Assembly: GCA_001655205.1 (NCBI GenBank)
Contig: LPNZ01003549.1
Coordinates: forward strand, 1 to 64,000
Origin: Lenisia limosa
Taxonomy: Eukaryota; Protista; Breviatea
Length of the DNA stretch: 64,000 nucleotides
Reading direction: 5' to 3'
In this document: one piece after another, positions 1 through 11,100 of the stretch
How positions within the stretch are numbered: the stretch's first letter is position 1
Layout: every line of letters starts with the position of its first letter
Position numbers and translations under genes: made by a program
Notes under the pieces: generated by a model
Told to the model about the DNA's origin: nothing
Databases searched by the model: none
The model's input: only the letters and a program-made list of their open reading frames with translations

Positions 1-92
1 CTGTAGGACTCCAACCACCGTTTTATATATCACTGTAGGACTCCAACCACCGTTTTATATCACTGTAGGACTCCAATCACCGTTTTATATCA
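1..92. repeat. Tandem repeat, 3 copies of a 30-32 bp unit (cactgtaggactccaaccaccgttttatat)
   Basis: Direct near-identical copies at the window start; probably intronic in the LRR gene. Confidence 0.9.
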
Positions 93-179
93 CGGCCCCA
101 AAATCAATCCGCCCTATAACACGCACAGTATAAAAGACGATTGTTAACATCGTAGTATAGCTGCTTGAAAAAAGATATC

Positions 180-1058
180 TATCAATGATCAACTGCCCAC
201 TCTGAGATCCAGGTCTTCGAGGTAAGGAGCTGCTGAAAGAATCGCTTCAAGAGCCGAAGACCCAAGGTCCTATAAGAGCTTTAAAAATGTTTGAAAGAAA
301 AGAATATCAACTCCAAGACAAATATTACAAGCAGAAATCATAAACTTAAGCAAGTCCAAGTGTATTACAAACGATAACGTATACATTTGGCTCTGGAGCT
401 TTATAAATAGAGGCAGTTGACATACCTGGTTGTCAGGCAAACGAAGGGTGGTAAGATTTGGCAAGGCCGCCAGACAGTCAGAGAGAATGGGTGTGCTTTG
501 GGCTTGGAGTCCTACCGGGGTAAACACTCAAACCAGGCCAAACCGTTAGCAGCCAGAGAAATGAAGGATAGTCCGGGGTGCCTGTTGGTTGACTCCAAAC
601 AGCATTTCAACGACCTGGTATTCATCAGATGAAAAATGAAGGCTGGAGCTATCCTAGATGTTGGTTGGCACATACCGAGTGTTTAGAGCACATGAATCAA
701 GCTGGAGAAGCTGCAGGCTGCTAGACTGCCTCAAAGCAGTTCCAATCGCGCGAGCATCTAGGAAACTTCATAATACACTTGTTCTGAGACAAAAGCTATC
801 CAGCTTTCAATATTATATTTGATACCCTTACTCACCTGTCATTGTCAGGCTGCGCTGTGAGAAGCTTACTCGGAGAGACTTGCACTTTCCTCTTCGAAGA
901 AGATCAAGTTCATTGCGGAGCGCGACAGCGGTAGAAATAACCTTACTAACTCTTGTAGTTATCTGTCTGCTAGATCTTGCAGGGATTGAAGAGGGAGGAA
1001 GGGTACTTAAGCGCGAAGGAGGAGGCATTTGACCTCCACCAGAAAAGCTAGAGGACAT
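180..1058 (-). CDS. Leucine-rich-repeat (RNI-like) protein, multi-exon, 3' end unresolved or beyond the window
   Basis: Exon 1 MSSSFSGGGQ...MTG ends at a GTGAGT donor (~836). Later exons read LAALPNLTTLRLPDNQ and DLGSSALEAILSAAPYLEDLDLR (LxxLxL LRR pattern). Confidence 0.6.
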
Positions 1059-1189
1059 AACCCTTCTGACCCCTTATTAGATTTCACTATACAATTATAT
1101 CAGCTTCATAACGATGAAAGCAGTATAGTTCTTTCCTTTACATTACACTTTCAACAAGAAGAGAAAGTTCAATCTAACTGATATCTTAT

Positions 1190-1215
1190 TATATATATAT
1201 ATATATATATATATA
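1190..1215. repeat. (AT)n microsatellite
   Basis: Perfect AT run. Confidence 0.95.
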
Positions 1216-1250
1216 AATGTCTAGCTTCGTGAGATTCGTCTAGTAGAGAA

Positions 1251-1950
1251 ATGGAGAAAATGGATTGGTTAAAAGGGGCCAAGGGAGGTATATACTCCCC
1301 CATGGTAAAGGCAAAGACAAGGTGGAAACCAGCGCCAGCGACCTTGCCAGCACCTTGTCAGCCCCAATTCTACCCAGACGTAGGCCAAAACATGAGCACT
1401 CTGGTGGTTGATAAAAGCGGCGGTGACGTTTTACGACGTATTTTCAGGTTTTCAGTGACGGTGTATAGCGTATTTTTGGCGTATTTTGGCCAATATCCTA
1501 TATGTACGGGTTTCGTGTTTTNNNNNNNNNNNNNNNNNNNNNNNNNNNNNNNNNNNNNNNNNNNNNNNNNNNNNNNNNNNNNNNNNNNNNNNNNGTAAGG
1601 TGTATGGTGGTGAACACATTTTGGAGAGTGACCCCTCCTTGATCCACGAAGGACGAATTATTTCCCCGATCTGGCTCCTTTTCGTCGTAGAAACTACCCC
1701 TTTTATTTCAGGTTGGACCGGGGGACCGGGGAAGAAGTTTATAGGTCTTTGTAATTAAAAACAAAAACAATAATTACAATATGTAATATGCGTAGTATAA
1801 GTATAAAGTAATACATAAATATATATAAAAAAAAACATCACATCGAACATGCTCTAATTCACAGCACCGGTTGAGGCTGGTACGATTGTTTCGGTGAAGG
1901 CATACGGAGCGCTGAGTTCACAAGAGACTTCTTCTCCATTGCGATGCTAA
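1251..1950 (+). CDS. Possible small multi-exon hypothetical gene interrupted by an N-gap
   Basis: ORF segments 1251-1440 and 1594-1745, and a cag|-preceded segment at 1865-1950 (PVEAGTIVSVKAYG...*); no recognisable domain. Confidence 0.25.
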
Positions 1951-2646
1951 AATGGTCACTTTAACCTTTAACCTAGCTTCCAAAAATAAAACGTATCATT
2001 AGGAACTAGGATCAGCCTCCATAATTCTGTTTAGTTAAAATTGAATCACCTTACAACTCAAGGGGGAAATTATCAACAAAGAATCACAAATAAACCTTAT
2101 CAGTGAATTTACATCCCCAACAAACGAAAAAGTTTACATCAATATAGACAACATTGCCAGTGTCTTTCATGTGCACGATAGGGTACCTATGAAGGTCAAC
2201 TTACTGGTGTTTCGACTGAATAACATCTGCTGCAACGTAAGCCGTAGGGATGAGGTAACACACACACACACCCGTCCTATCAACCAACCTCAAACTGAAT
2301 ATGGCACAACGCCCCATCAGCCAACCTCAAACTGAATATGTCACTCTCCACTGTACCGCTTTTCGCTTTCTAAGAAATTAGAGTGAAANNNNNNNNNNNN
2401 NNNNNNNNNNNNNNNNNNNNNNNNNNNNNNNNNNNNNNNNNNNNNNNNNNNNNNNNNNNNNNNNNNNNNNNNNNNNNNNNNNNNNNNNNNNNNNNNNNNN
2501 NNNNNNNNNNNNNNNNNNNNNNNNNNNNNNACCAAGAATCAGGGAGTTAACACGAGATAAATTGAACAAAGGATCACATATGTATCATATAGTATGTACA
2601 TATCATATGTGATATGTGAATAATAGTATTAATATGATTTTACTGT

Positions 2647-2855
2647 ATGTTAACCCATACCCACTAGTGATATGATCATATGACCGACTTTCAAGTCGAA
2701 ATAATGAACGAAGATAACACGAGGGTTGTTCCCAAGTGTATCAGAATATAATTGAGACTTGTCGGTCAATTATCAGACGAGTGGATATGAGGTATCATAT
2801 CTCTGCGTGGAAAATGATAGTTCACACGGGTGAAAATCCAAAAAGTGAAATGAAA
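2647..2855. mobile_element. Dispersed structured repeat, family R2, copy 1
   Basis: About 200 bp clearly homologous to 31854-32059; flanked by ATATC/ATATG-rich blocks. Confidence 0.75.
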
Positions 2856-3099
2856 GCAAGATTGATAAGACCCAACATACCATAATGGTAAAGTTGTTCA
2901 CGATACTGCCAATAGCAAAATGGTGATAAATTAAATTGTTGTAGAACAGGTTGTTCGCGAAGTAGTTCCATGTTGAACTCTTGATCTAAAAAATGGGACT
3001 CTTTCCTCATAAGTGATCGTGTTTAAACCTTCGGGGTAGTTATCTACATACAATATGATATATGATATACTAATATGTGATGAAAACTACACGACAAGG

Positions 3100-4870
3100 A
3101 ACCTACCATTCCATAAGCAGCCTCATAAGAGTAAGTAGACTGAATCTGGATATCAACCGCAAGTGGGGAGGCATGCTTACGGTGGCAAATCACGTCCACC
3201 TACACGTGTCAAAACTGTTGCTTTGATTAAAACAAGTCTGAAAAGGAGAAAAAAATTAAGACATCACAACCTCCAAAAAAAACATCATTTAGTATCGAGA
3301 ATATATCATATACCTATCATATCATATGGGTATTATATATATCATATATCATATATCATATATACATATGATATAGTAAAATATACATATTTATACGTAT
3401 ATCATATACTAGTAGTAGTATATGATATATAATATGATGAAAATAGTATATAATATAATCTGATATCGATATTTATGTTATAGTTTTGTTTCAAGATTTA
3501 TGTGTATTATCTCTATTGTGGTATTTAATGAACAAAAGCACCTCCCCCCCAACTGCAGTGTTGATCGACCCGTTGTCAAAGTAGTATTGGAAATAGTTTT
3601 TGTAGGTGCTCTTTGTAGAGGCTGTACTTGCCTGTTCACATTTGTGAGGAATGAGAAATAAAAAAAAAAGGTGCACTTGGAGTAGGATCGATTATATGAT
3701 ATGATACATATTAATATATCAAAAGTGTATATCATATATTATACTATATATATATATAATATAGGGATTGAAATAAAACAGGCAGCCTCAGCCTTCTACA
3801 CCATCACTCTTAAAACTAATAGTATAATATTAACTCACCCAATCATATTTCCCTTACAACTTGTTAATTTAAAACGATTTCTATTTAAATCGGTCTTTGG
3901 GGGAGAAAGGATTATTCTTAGATTTCGAGGATTGTTGCAAATGTTTGAATTTGGGTCTCAGTTAAAATTACGTCATGCCGCTTTGAAAGCCACCTGCTTT
4001 CCAAAAAAAAATTGCAGGGGACGAAGAAAGCTGTATCCGTATCCAATAGCAGCGTGATGGTGTGATTGGCTTCGGCCTATCCTTTTTTTTTTTCACATTT
4101 CTGCATATTACTATGATATTGATATTGCTTCATTTTGCTTCCCCTTACTTTAATATATCCAGCTGAAACAGTATCTGCGAAAACTGTTGTGGACTCAAGA
4201 GTTGTGATGTTCACGTTTGCCAGGGTGGCGGTTTGAACCTTGGGGGGGGGGGGGGGGNNNNNNNNNNNNNNNNNNNNNNNNNNNNNNNNNNNNNNNNNNN
4301 NNNNNNNNNNNNNNTCTGTTGGCTGACAACACACGAAAACAAAAACAAGCCCGAGCCAGCCTTTGAAGAGTTCGACCACCTCTCGATCCGTTTTTTTTAT
4401 GAAACAAAACAAAACCCGGAGTCAACCCTGTTGGCGAAACATATTGGTGTCAAATGCAAAAACCAAAAAAGGTTACTCCCCTTCATTTGGGACCTCCAGA
4501 CCTCCAAAACACCAAAACAAACACCTGCAACCACTTCTCACATTTAGAATGTCAAAATTTGCTTCAGGCGCAAAGACTCTTCCATCAATTGTGACTCCGC
4601 TTCCCGATTCCTAGGTGTGAAATACAAATCTGGGGAATATAGAGAGAATAGTGAGAAAGAGTGAATCTTGAACATAGATATTGTGGCAAAGGCTGCAATT
4701 CAAAAACAAAAAACCCAAAAGGTTGTGAGGAGAGGACGTGAGCTGGAGGCGGATTAGACTTTTTTTACCTTACCGCAATGTACCCTGTTACAGGGGCAAA
4801 GAGGGCGCATACAACCAGAAGAATGTTGGAAAAGCTCAACGCAATCATGATCAGCAGCAGGTATTGATTT
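3100..4870 (-). CDS. Hypothetical secreted/membrane protein, multi-exon, gap-interrupted
   Basis: Hydrophobic first exon LLLIMIALSFSNILLVVCALFAPVTGYIA|GTAAGG. Later exons ESGSGVTIDGRVFAPEANFDILNVRSG, KVQTATLANVNITTLESTTVFADTVSAGYIK|GTAAGG and LSSSPAIFFWKAGGFQSGM. 3' end uncertain. Confidence 0.4.
4041..4102 (+). mobile_element. Dispersed short repeat, family R1 (diverged copy)
   Basis: atccaat..agcgtgatggtgtg..ggcttcggcc..T-tract..cattt matches the copies at 25682, 30376 and 33172. Confidence 0.6.
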
Positions 4871-5402
4871 AATTTCCGACCGAGGAGGTGTGTCCGGCGC
4901 AGACGGCAGCAAGCAGGAGGATGAGTAAAAGTTTGATCAAAATCGTCGGTCGAAAAATCCCCTAAGGATTTTGGCTGGGGGTGGAGCCGTGGTCAGGGGT
5001 ATCAGTATATCGATATGTGTTGTTGACATGACACAAATATCACAATATTATTATACTATTATTATATTGCTATTATACAATCCAAATCAATGTTTTGGGC
5101 CGCAATTGGGCCGCGGCATCTCCGCATAATTGCGGCATAAACATACAATTGAGAGATTAATAATGCTGATTGATTGATTGGTAACCACAGTAACCACAAC
5201 TGGGTGCGTGGAAGTCAATCCGTTATTCATTCGACCACAAGTCAAACACAATTCAAAAGAACAAAAATATATCAGCAAAACGGGTTAACAAATCAACACA
5301 CTTGACTAACGAATAAAATATTTGAGGCTTACAATCTTTTGATCACTGTTAATGACTAATACCTGAAACGAAACAACACAATACAGACAAGAGACAGGTC
5401 AT

Positions 5403-7681
5403 TCATTGTCTCTTCATGATAATCACTTCAGACCCTCCTCTTGGAATGTCACCTCCACTCATATGGCTTCCTCTCCACTCTTCATGAAAGTTGTTAGCAT
5501 CCAACCACTCCTTGAAGTCAATTCTGCCGCTGAAGGACTCATGCTCCACACCAGACATGTAGATGACCCTCCAAGGCACGCCCTCCGGCTCGGCTTGATA
5601 GTGCACACTGCCTTGACAAGGCGTCGTCACCGACACTAATGTTGTCTCACCACTCCACATCGCAAGAAGAGCTGCCGGCTGACTATGGAACAAAGAGTCT
5701 TCGGTCATAAAACCGGCAATGTCTTCGCCCGGAAGTGGAGGTGAACAGTCAAGGAACCGAGTCTTCGCGTCAACAGAATGCAGCAACGCCTGGAATCATT
5801 AGTCCCGATGATTGCGGTCACATGTAACGGACTTGGTAGGGTGTCGCGTGGCACGGAGTCAGGAACCAAACATCAGACTGAGGGGTGTTGTGGACGAGAT
5901 CGGTCTGGGTGGTGATGTCATGACCCGACCAACCTGTTCTGCAAGGTATATCACCGCGTTGATAGTTCCCCTTTGATGAAAGAGACCAAAGAACAGAAGC
6001 ATGCTAATCTGAGCAGTGAAACAATGGAGAATTTAATATTTATTTGCCTGTCGCAGCATATTGTGAGAATCTTACCTGTACAGCAATGCAGATAAAGAGG
6101 AGTGATCTGCTGAGTTTTGGGTACTTCATGTTCAGATTGACATAAGCAAGGGAGGAGACGAGAAGCATATTTGGCAGGAGTGGGACAATAAAGCGAAACT
6201 CTTTATGTGCCGAAGCGGAGTAGACGCTAATACAAAGGAATGAAGCCAACAACAGCTTTCTAGCCAAGTGGACGACTGGGATCAGAAAACTGGCCTTTTT
6301 CGACACATAGCTCTGATTGAAAACCTGCAAAGAGATAAGCGTATTTTTTCAAATAATAAATACGTGTTGCGGACTTTTGCAAAAAAAAAAAATAATACCT
6401 GGAAATGTGGTTGTTATTCCCAAGTGCAGTACATACCTATACCATCATACCAAAAAACATCCGTAGACAAAGAAGACAACAAAGGGGCCACAAATAACAG
6501 GAATAGCATTTGAAAAGTACCTAAGCAATAAAGAGCCACGCTTCATTCGTACCAATGGATAGGGTGTGTACCGTAGTATGAGCCAAGTCCACTGAAAACA
6601 TTGAACCGAAGAAACTCCCAAATCACAAAAGCAGGACGGCCGTACATCCATGAATCAAGCAGAACTGATGATCCAAGAATTGGAACACTGAGCGGGTTAG
6701 TCAAGAAGAAAAAAATCCTACCCTAAGACAAAAGCTCTCCACACTACAGCCCAAGCCTCTTTAAACTGCTGGTCTCGAATAGAAACAAGAATAAGACACA
6801 CCCATAGCACGGCACTTGTCGGGCGAATAGAGCACGAGAGGCCTGCTAGTCCAACAGCTGTCCATTCCGATGCCCTGATCGTCACACCTCTCTCCAACGC
6901 ATACCTTGTTGACACACCTGGCCAATAGGCCAGAGCAAGCATTGTTGTGGTAAGTTCAAGACTATTAACAAGGGGGCGAAGGCCACAGTAGGCCATAAAC
7001 CAATTACTCACGAGAAACAAGAGCGAAACTGGAGCAAGCTCTTCACTCATACTGCGAATGGACTGAATAGTAACGAAGGTAGAAAAGTAACTTCCATGTT
7101 TGCAACTTTCTGCCCACACCCTTGTCAAATAGAAACCCAGTTACCTTGAAAGCAATCGTCTCTGCAAAAGCAAGGTAAAAAGCCTGTAGTATTCCAGGTC
7201 CATACAGCTGAGGGATGAGGAGTCATACAAAAACAAACAAGAACAGTAGGAGACGTCTTTTCAAAGAACTTCATTATTATGTATACTGGTGTCAGCATAA
7301 TGGGATGCAGATAGCCTCGGAGGAGCGAATTCCATTCCCATGTGAGGAAGCCAAAACCAAAAACAAGGCGATGACCCACTTCTCGTCCTTGCCACCATTC
7401 ATCTAGGAACATCAATCACGAGCATTGGAAAATTAAAAATATATAACATAAATATAAAACGTAAAACTACCTCTTGAGTAGGTTTTATGATTTTTTTGAA
7501 GAAAAAAACAAAGGAACAACTTAGTAAAAAGTAACGTTATATGATTCCTTTCTTCAAAAACAGCAAGAAAGACCCACCAACCAGGGTCAAAAGACGTTCG
7601 CACCAAAAAAACAAGAGTTGATTGAAGGACAAACAGTGCTGCAAACACAGCCAAAAGGGGCAGTTTGTTGATCTGGGGCAT
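5403..7681 (-). CDS. PIGB: GPI mannosyltransferase 3 (Alg9-like, glycosyltransferase family 22), multi-exon
   Basis: Motifs TSFDP-DEWWQGxEVGHRLVFGxGxLTWEW, LRGYLHP, RPLVNSLE, SCSIRPTSA, HKEFRFIVPLLP; many TM segments; stop TGA at 5403. Confidence 0.92.
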
Positions 7682-8171
7682 TAAGGGCACAGTATGTTGC
7701 TAAATGAGACCTTCTTTCCCTCTTACATCAACCATCTTTCTTGGGCAGAAGCAGCACTTCTTTCCCTGATAATCCTTTACTCCTTACTGCTTTAGCAATG
7801 AAAATAGAGAGAGAGAGAGAGGGGGGGGGGGTCGTTGGTTAAGAGAGAACTTCCTCCAGCTTTCTGCTCAAACTCTTCTATCTGCTTCTTTCCAGATTTT
7901 TTTTTTTCTCTCTACTACTACTCTGAGAAGAGACTACTATTACCACAACACTATTACCAATACCAAACATTAACCCCAAAAAACTGAAACATGGTGAAGA
8001 TCGGTGATCAATTATTCAATTGAGGTGGTTAGTTATTTGCTGCACGCAAGCTGCACGACAGGGTGAGGAGCTGAGTGATAATGTCAGAATGAGGAATGGA
8101 GAATGATTGCAAAAACTACAGGAAACAGGAAGGAAAGGGAACTGATATGAGGGCATAATAACTGTCCCAAC

Positions 8172-11100
8172 ATGTACCAGGCTCTCAATGCCGCCTATTC
8201 CAGGGTGATTAACATCTTTGATTTCATTGAGCTCTTGGAAGCCGAAAAGAGTCCAACAATCTGTCTGAAAAAGTTATTGTGCTCCGATGATCAATGCCAG
8301 GTTGGTGGTTAAAAATTACAGAAATAACCGCCATCGATGATATAGCTGACTTTCGAGTTAAAATGATGAATAAAGATCAAATAAGACTCACTTCGATAAT
8401 GTCAAATAAGAATCACTTCGATAATGTCAAATAAGACTCACTTCGATAATGTCACAGTAGTAGAGATATGATATTAGTTAATTTTTATAGCTGTGAATGT
8501 AGGAATTTAACTGAAATCTACATGAAATAGTTTGATGAAATGACTGTCACAGGCGCCATCGCAACTCAACAAAGAAACACCAATTCTTGTCGGACTTCCC
8601 AGGTTGGCAGGACAGAATATTGGATAATTCAGTTAAACAGACGAAGCACGGTTCCTCTTATTGACAAGACGTGCGTCGGTGTCTGTGACGAGTCCATTAA
8701 TGAGGTTGGTGGAAGTATGTCTAATGCTTGAAGACGGTTATCAGAGCGGCTAAACAGGTCCACTCAATGTCGTCGTTCTCCTTCCACAGTTTAGCGCTAT
8801 GTTACAAAATGGTATGTTGACAATGCTTCTTTGCAGTAATAGCACAGGATGGGGCTTCATGCTACGTTCGAGAAAACAAACAATCGTCAACTGACCAACT
8901 GTTCACCAAAATTCCATGGGCACAGGTGTATCCAAGGCTAGGTTTGTTTATAATAAAGTTAATCTTCTATCATGTGTGTAATAAGACAGGTACAAGGCTG
9001 GTGACAACTCTCTTGGTTTACTTTGGCATATTTGTTTCTTACAACGGCGGATATCAGCAGGTTTGAAAGCAAATGAAATCGCCACATTGTGTTTAAGAAA
9101 GAACATCAATCCAGCTTTATACTTGCATCATTGATTTGGATGTAGATTTGTGGAGTCTCAATTGATAGAGAGTTACGTAGCCTTGGTCTTTTAACTGGTC
9201 GTATGAGGGGAGGGTTATGAGGCTAGATTGAACTTAGGATCACTGACACCACCTAGAACTTGGCAGTCACCCAATTCTTCCAAAGCCAGGAAATCAACCT
9301 CAAGGCATTGTCACAAAGAATGACCTCGAAAGAAAACCTCGGCGGAAAAGATCTCGAGGAGGCAGGAGGTGGAAGCAGCAGCCTCCCTCTATTCTCCCCA
9401 AATTACCTGACTTGTCCCAGCCAAAACTGGACGGTGAATCCATCCCAACCACTTCCCTTCCCTCCCACCAACAAACTGAGCCAAATCTACCCGTTTGGCC
9501 ATCCATCTTACCATCATTCCGATTACCTCCGCGACCGTTAAAAAGAACCGCGTCAGACTCATGCATTTCCCCTCCTCCCCCCTCTCGTCCCAGGCCAGAC
9601 AGTGTTGGAAAAGAGGGGCCATCTTTTCCGTCGTCACCATTGCTACAAACACGCTCGTATTTTTCTCCTCCCAATTCGCCACTTCATGTACCACCTCCTC
9701 CATCAATCCATTTCCCCTCTGAACCACCATCACAAGGTACGGCCAAGCTCTGCTTACAATGTAGCTCCAAATGACGTTGCAGAACCGATCGCCTTCCTTC
9801 CAGCCCCATCTGTGGTCCTTCACGCGACTTCGATAATGTATTGTAAACGAAGCTCCAGAAGAGTCCTCGATGACAATCGTAGGTGATTGCCATTCTGACC
9901 CTCAGACCCCATTCGCAGCTTGGTGGCATGTCGGAGATCCGCCCGGGCATTGGTAGCGTTTATTGTGTCCTCGCCTCCGGGATCGGAAAAGGAGACCAGT
10001 ATTTCAGATCACATGATCAAATCAAAGGACCAAAAAAGGGTTTGTGTTCCTCTTTCTCATGTATTAGTCTGCGCTGTTCTTTCGTGAAGGCAGTCAGTTC
10101 TCAGGATCCGGGTACCTTTGGGGCTCCATCATCATGGATAAAAGAGTCAAATTCACAAAGCCTTTCAAGAATGCCAAAAACTGTTCATCCCCCTCCCTTC
10201 TTGGAGTTTCCTTCAGAAGAGCATGGGCCAATCGAGGGGCGCGGACACGGGTTATGAGGTTGGTACTTGTTCGGTAATGAGGGGGTTCTCACCTCTTTAG
10301 GGTTGGGAGTCTTCGGTCGCATCTTTCGTCTCATTGTATGGTAAGATAGGGACGGTGGTGATAATGACCCAATCTTACAAGCTTCCAAGAACATATCATA
10401 TTCATTATTCCTGCATACATAGTATCCTCTATGCAGGAGCTCATGAATTCAGTTCCGCCGTCGGGCTTCAAGTGGAGCATTGTCCCGATTGATATCGCCT
10501 CCCGCCTCTCCAATGGTTTGTGGCAGTAGTCACAGAATTTACTGTTAAGAGGAGCAGACTGCAGCGGACAACATCCCTTCAGAATTTGAGACGGACAAAT
10601 AAGCCCAGCAATTCCTCGGTCAAGATCTGTCCCGAAGCTCGAGGCTTGGTTAATGTCATTCTCCACGCTCTCCAGAAAGGCCGTCGTCTCCCTCTTTCAA
10701 AGCTTTTTAAGACGGAAATCAATTCCAACCCCCCCAGTCCGGCCATGTTTGATGGTGTTGACAGTTTTGGCTCGGTGGAGTGCCCTTCGGCTTCATCGTC
10801 CATTTCTTCAAGACCACAGTCGCCTAAACCTTCCCTGTCATACCACCCTCCATTGTCGCCTCGCCCCATCTCACAACCTCGGTCGTTGTCCTTGTCGTTA
10901 ACACCTACAATGTCTGAACCCTTCTCATTCACACCTACAATGTCCGACCTCTTGTCTCAGGGCCCTGATAACGCTTTGGAACCTAACTTGTTGAATCAGC
11001 ACACCCCAGCTTCTGTTGTCTTCAAATGCATCATTTCAGCGTGTCGCCTCCTTTTCCCTCCAAAGTAAGGCACGGATTGGAACCCTGTCATGATTTAGAA

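Noticed and set aside
2531-3010. Minus-strand frame of ~160 codons interrupted only by TGA (NUMT or TGA=Trp recoding?)
   Set aside because: Several TGAs come from the ATATGA microsatellite motif; the product resembles no mitochondrial protein I recognise; the second R2 copy is frameshifted; nuclear genes here use TGA as stop (e.g. PIGB)
8379-8454. CRISPR-like arrays (also 1-92, 13706-13793, 45050-45295)
   Set aside because: Head-to-tail tandem repeats without unique spacers, in eukaryotic introns, with no cas genes
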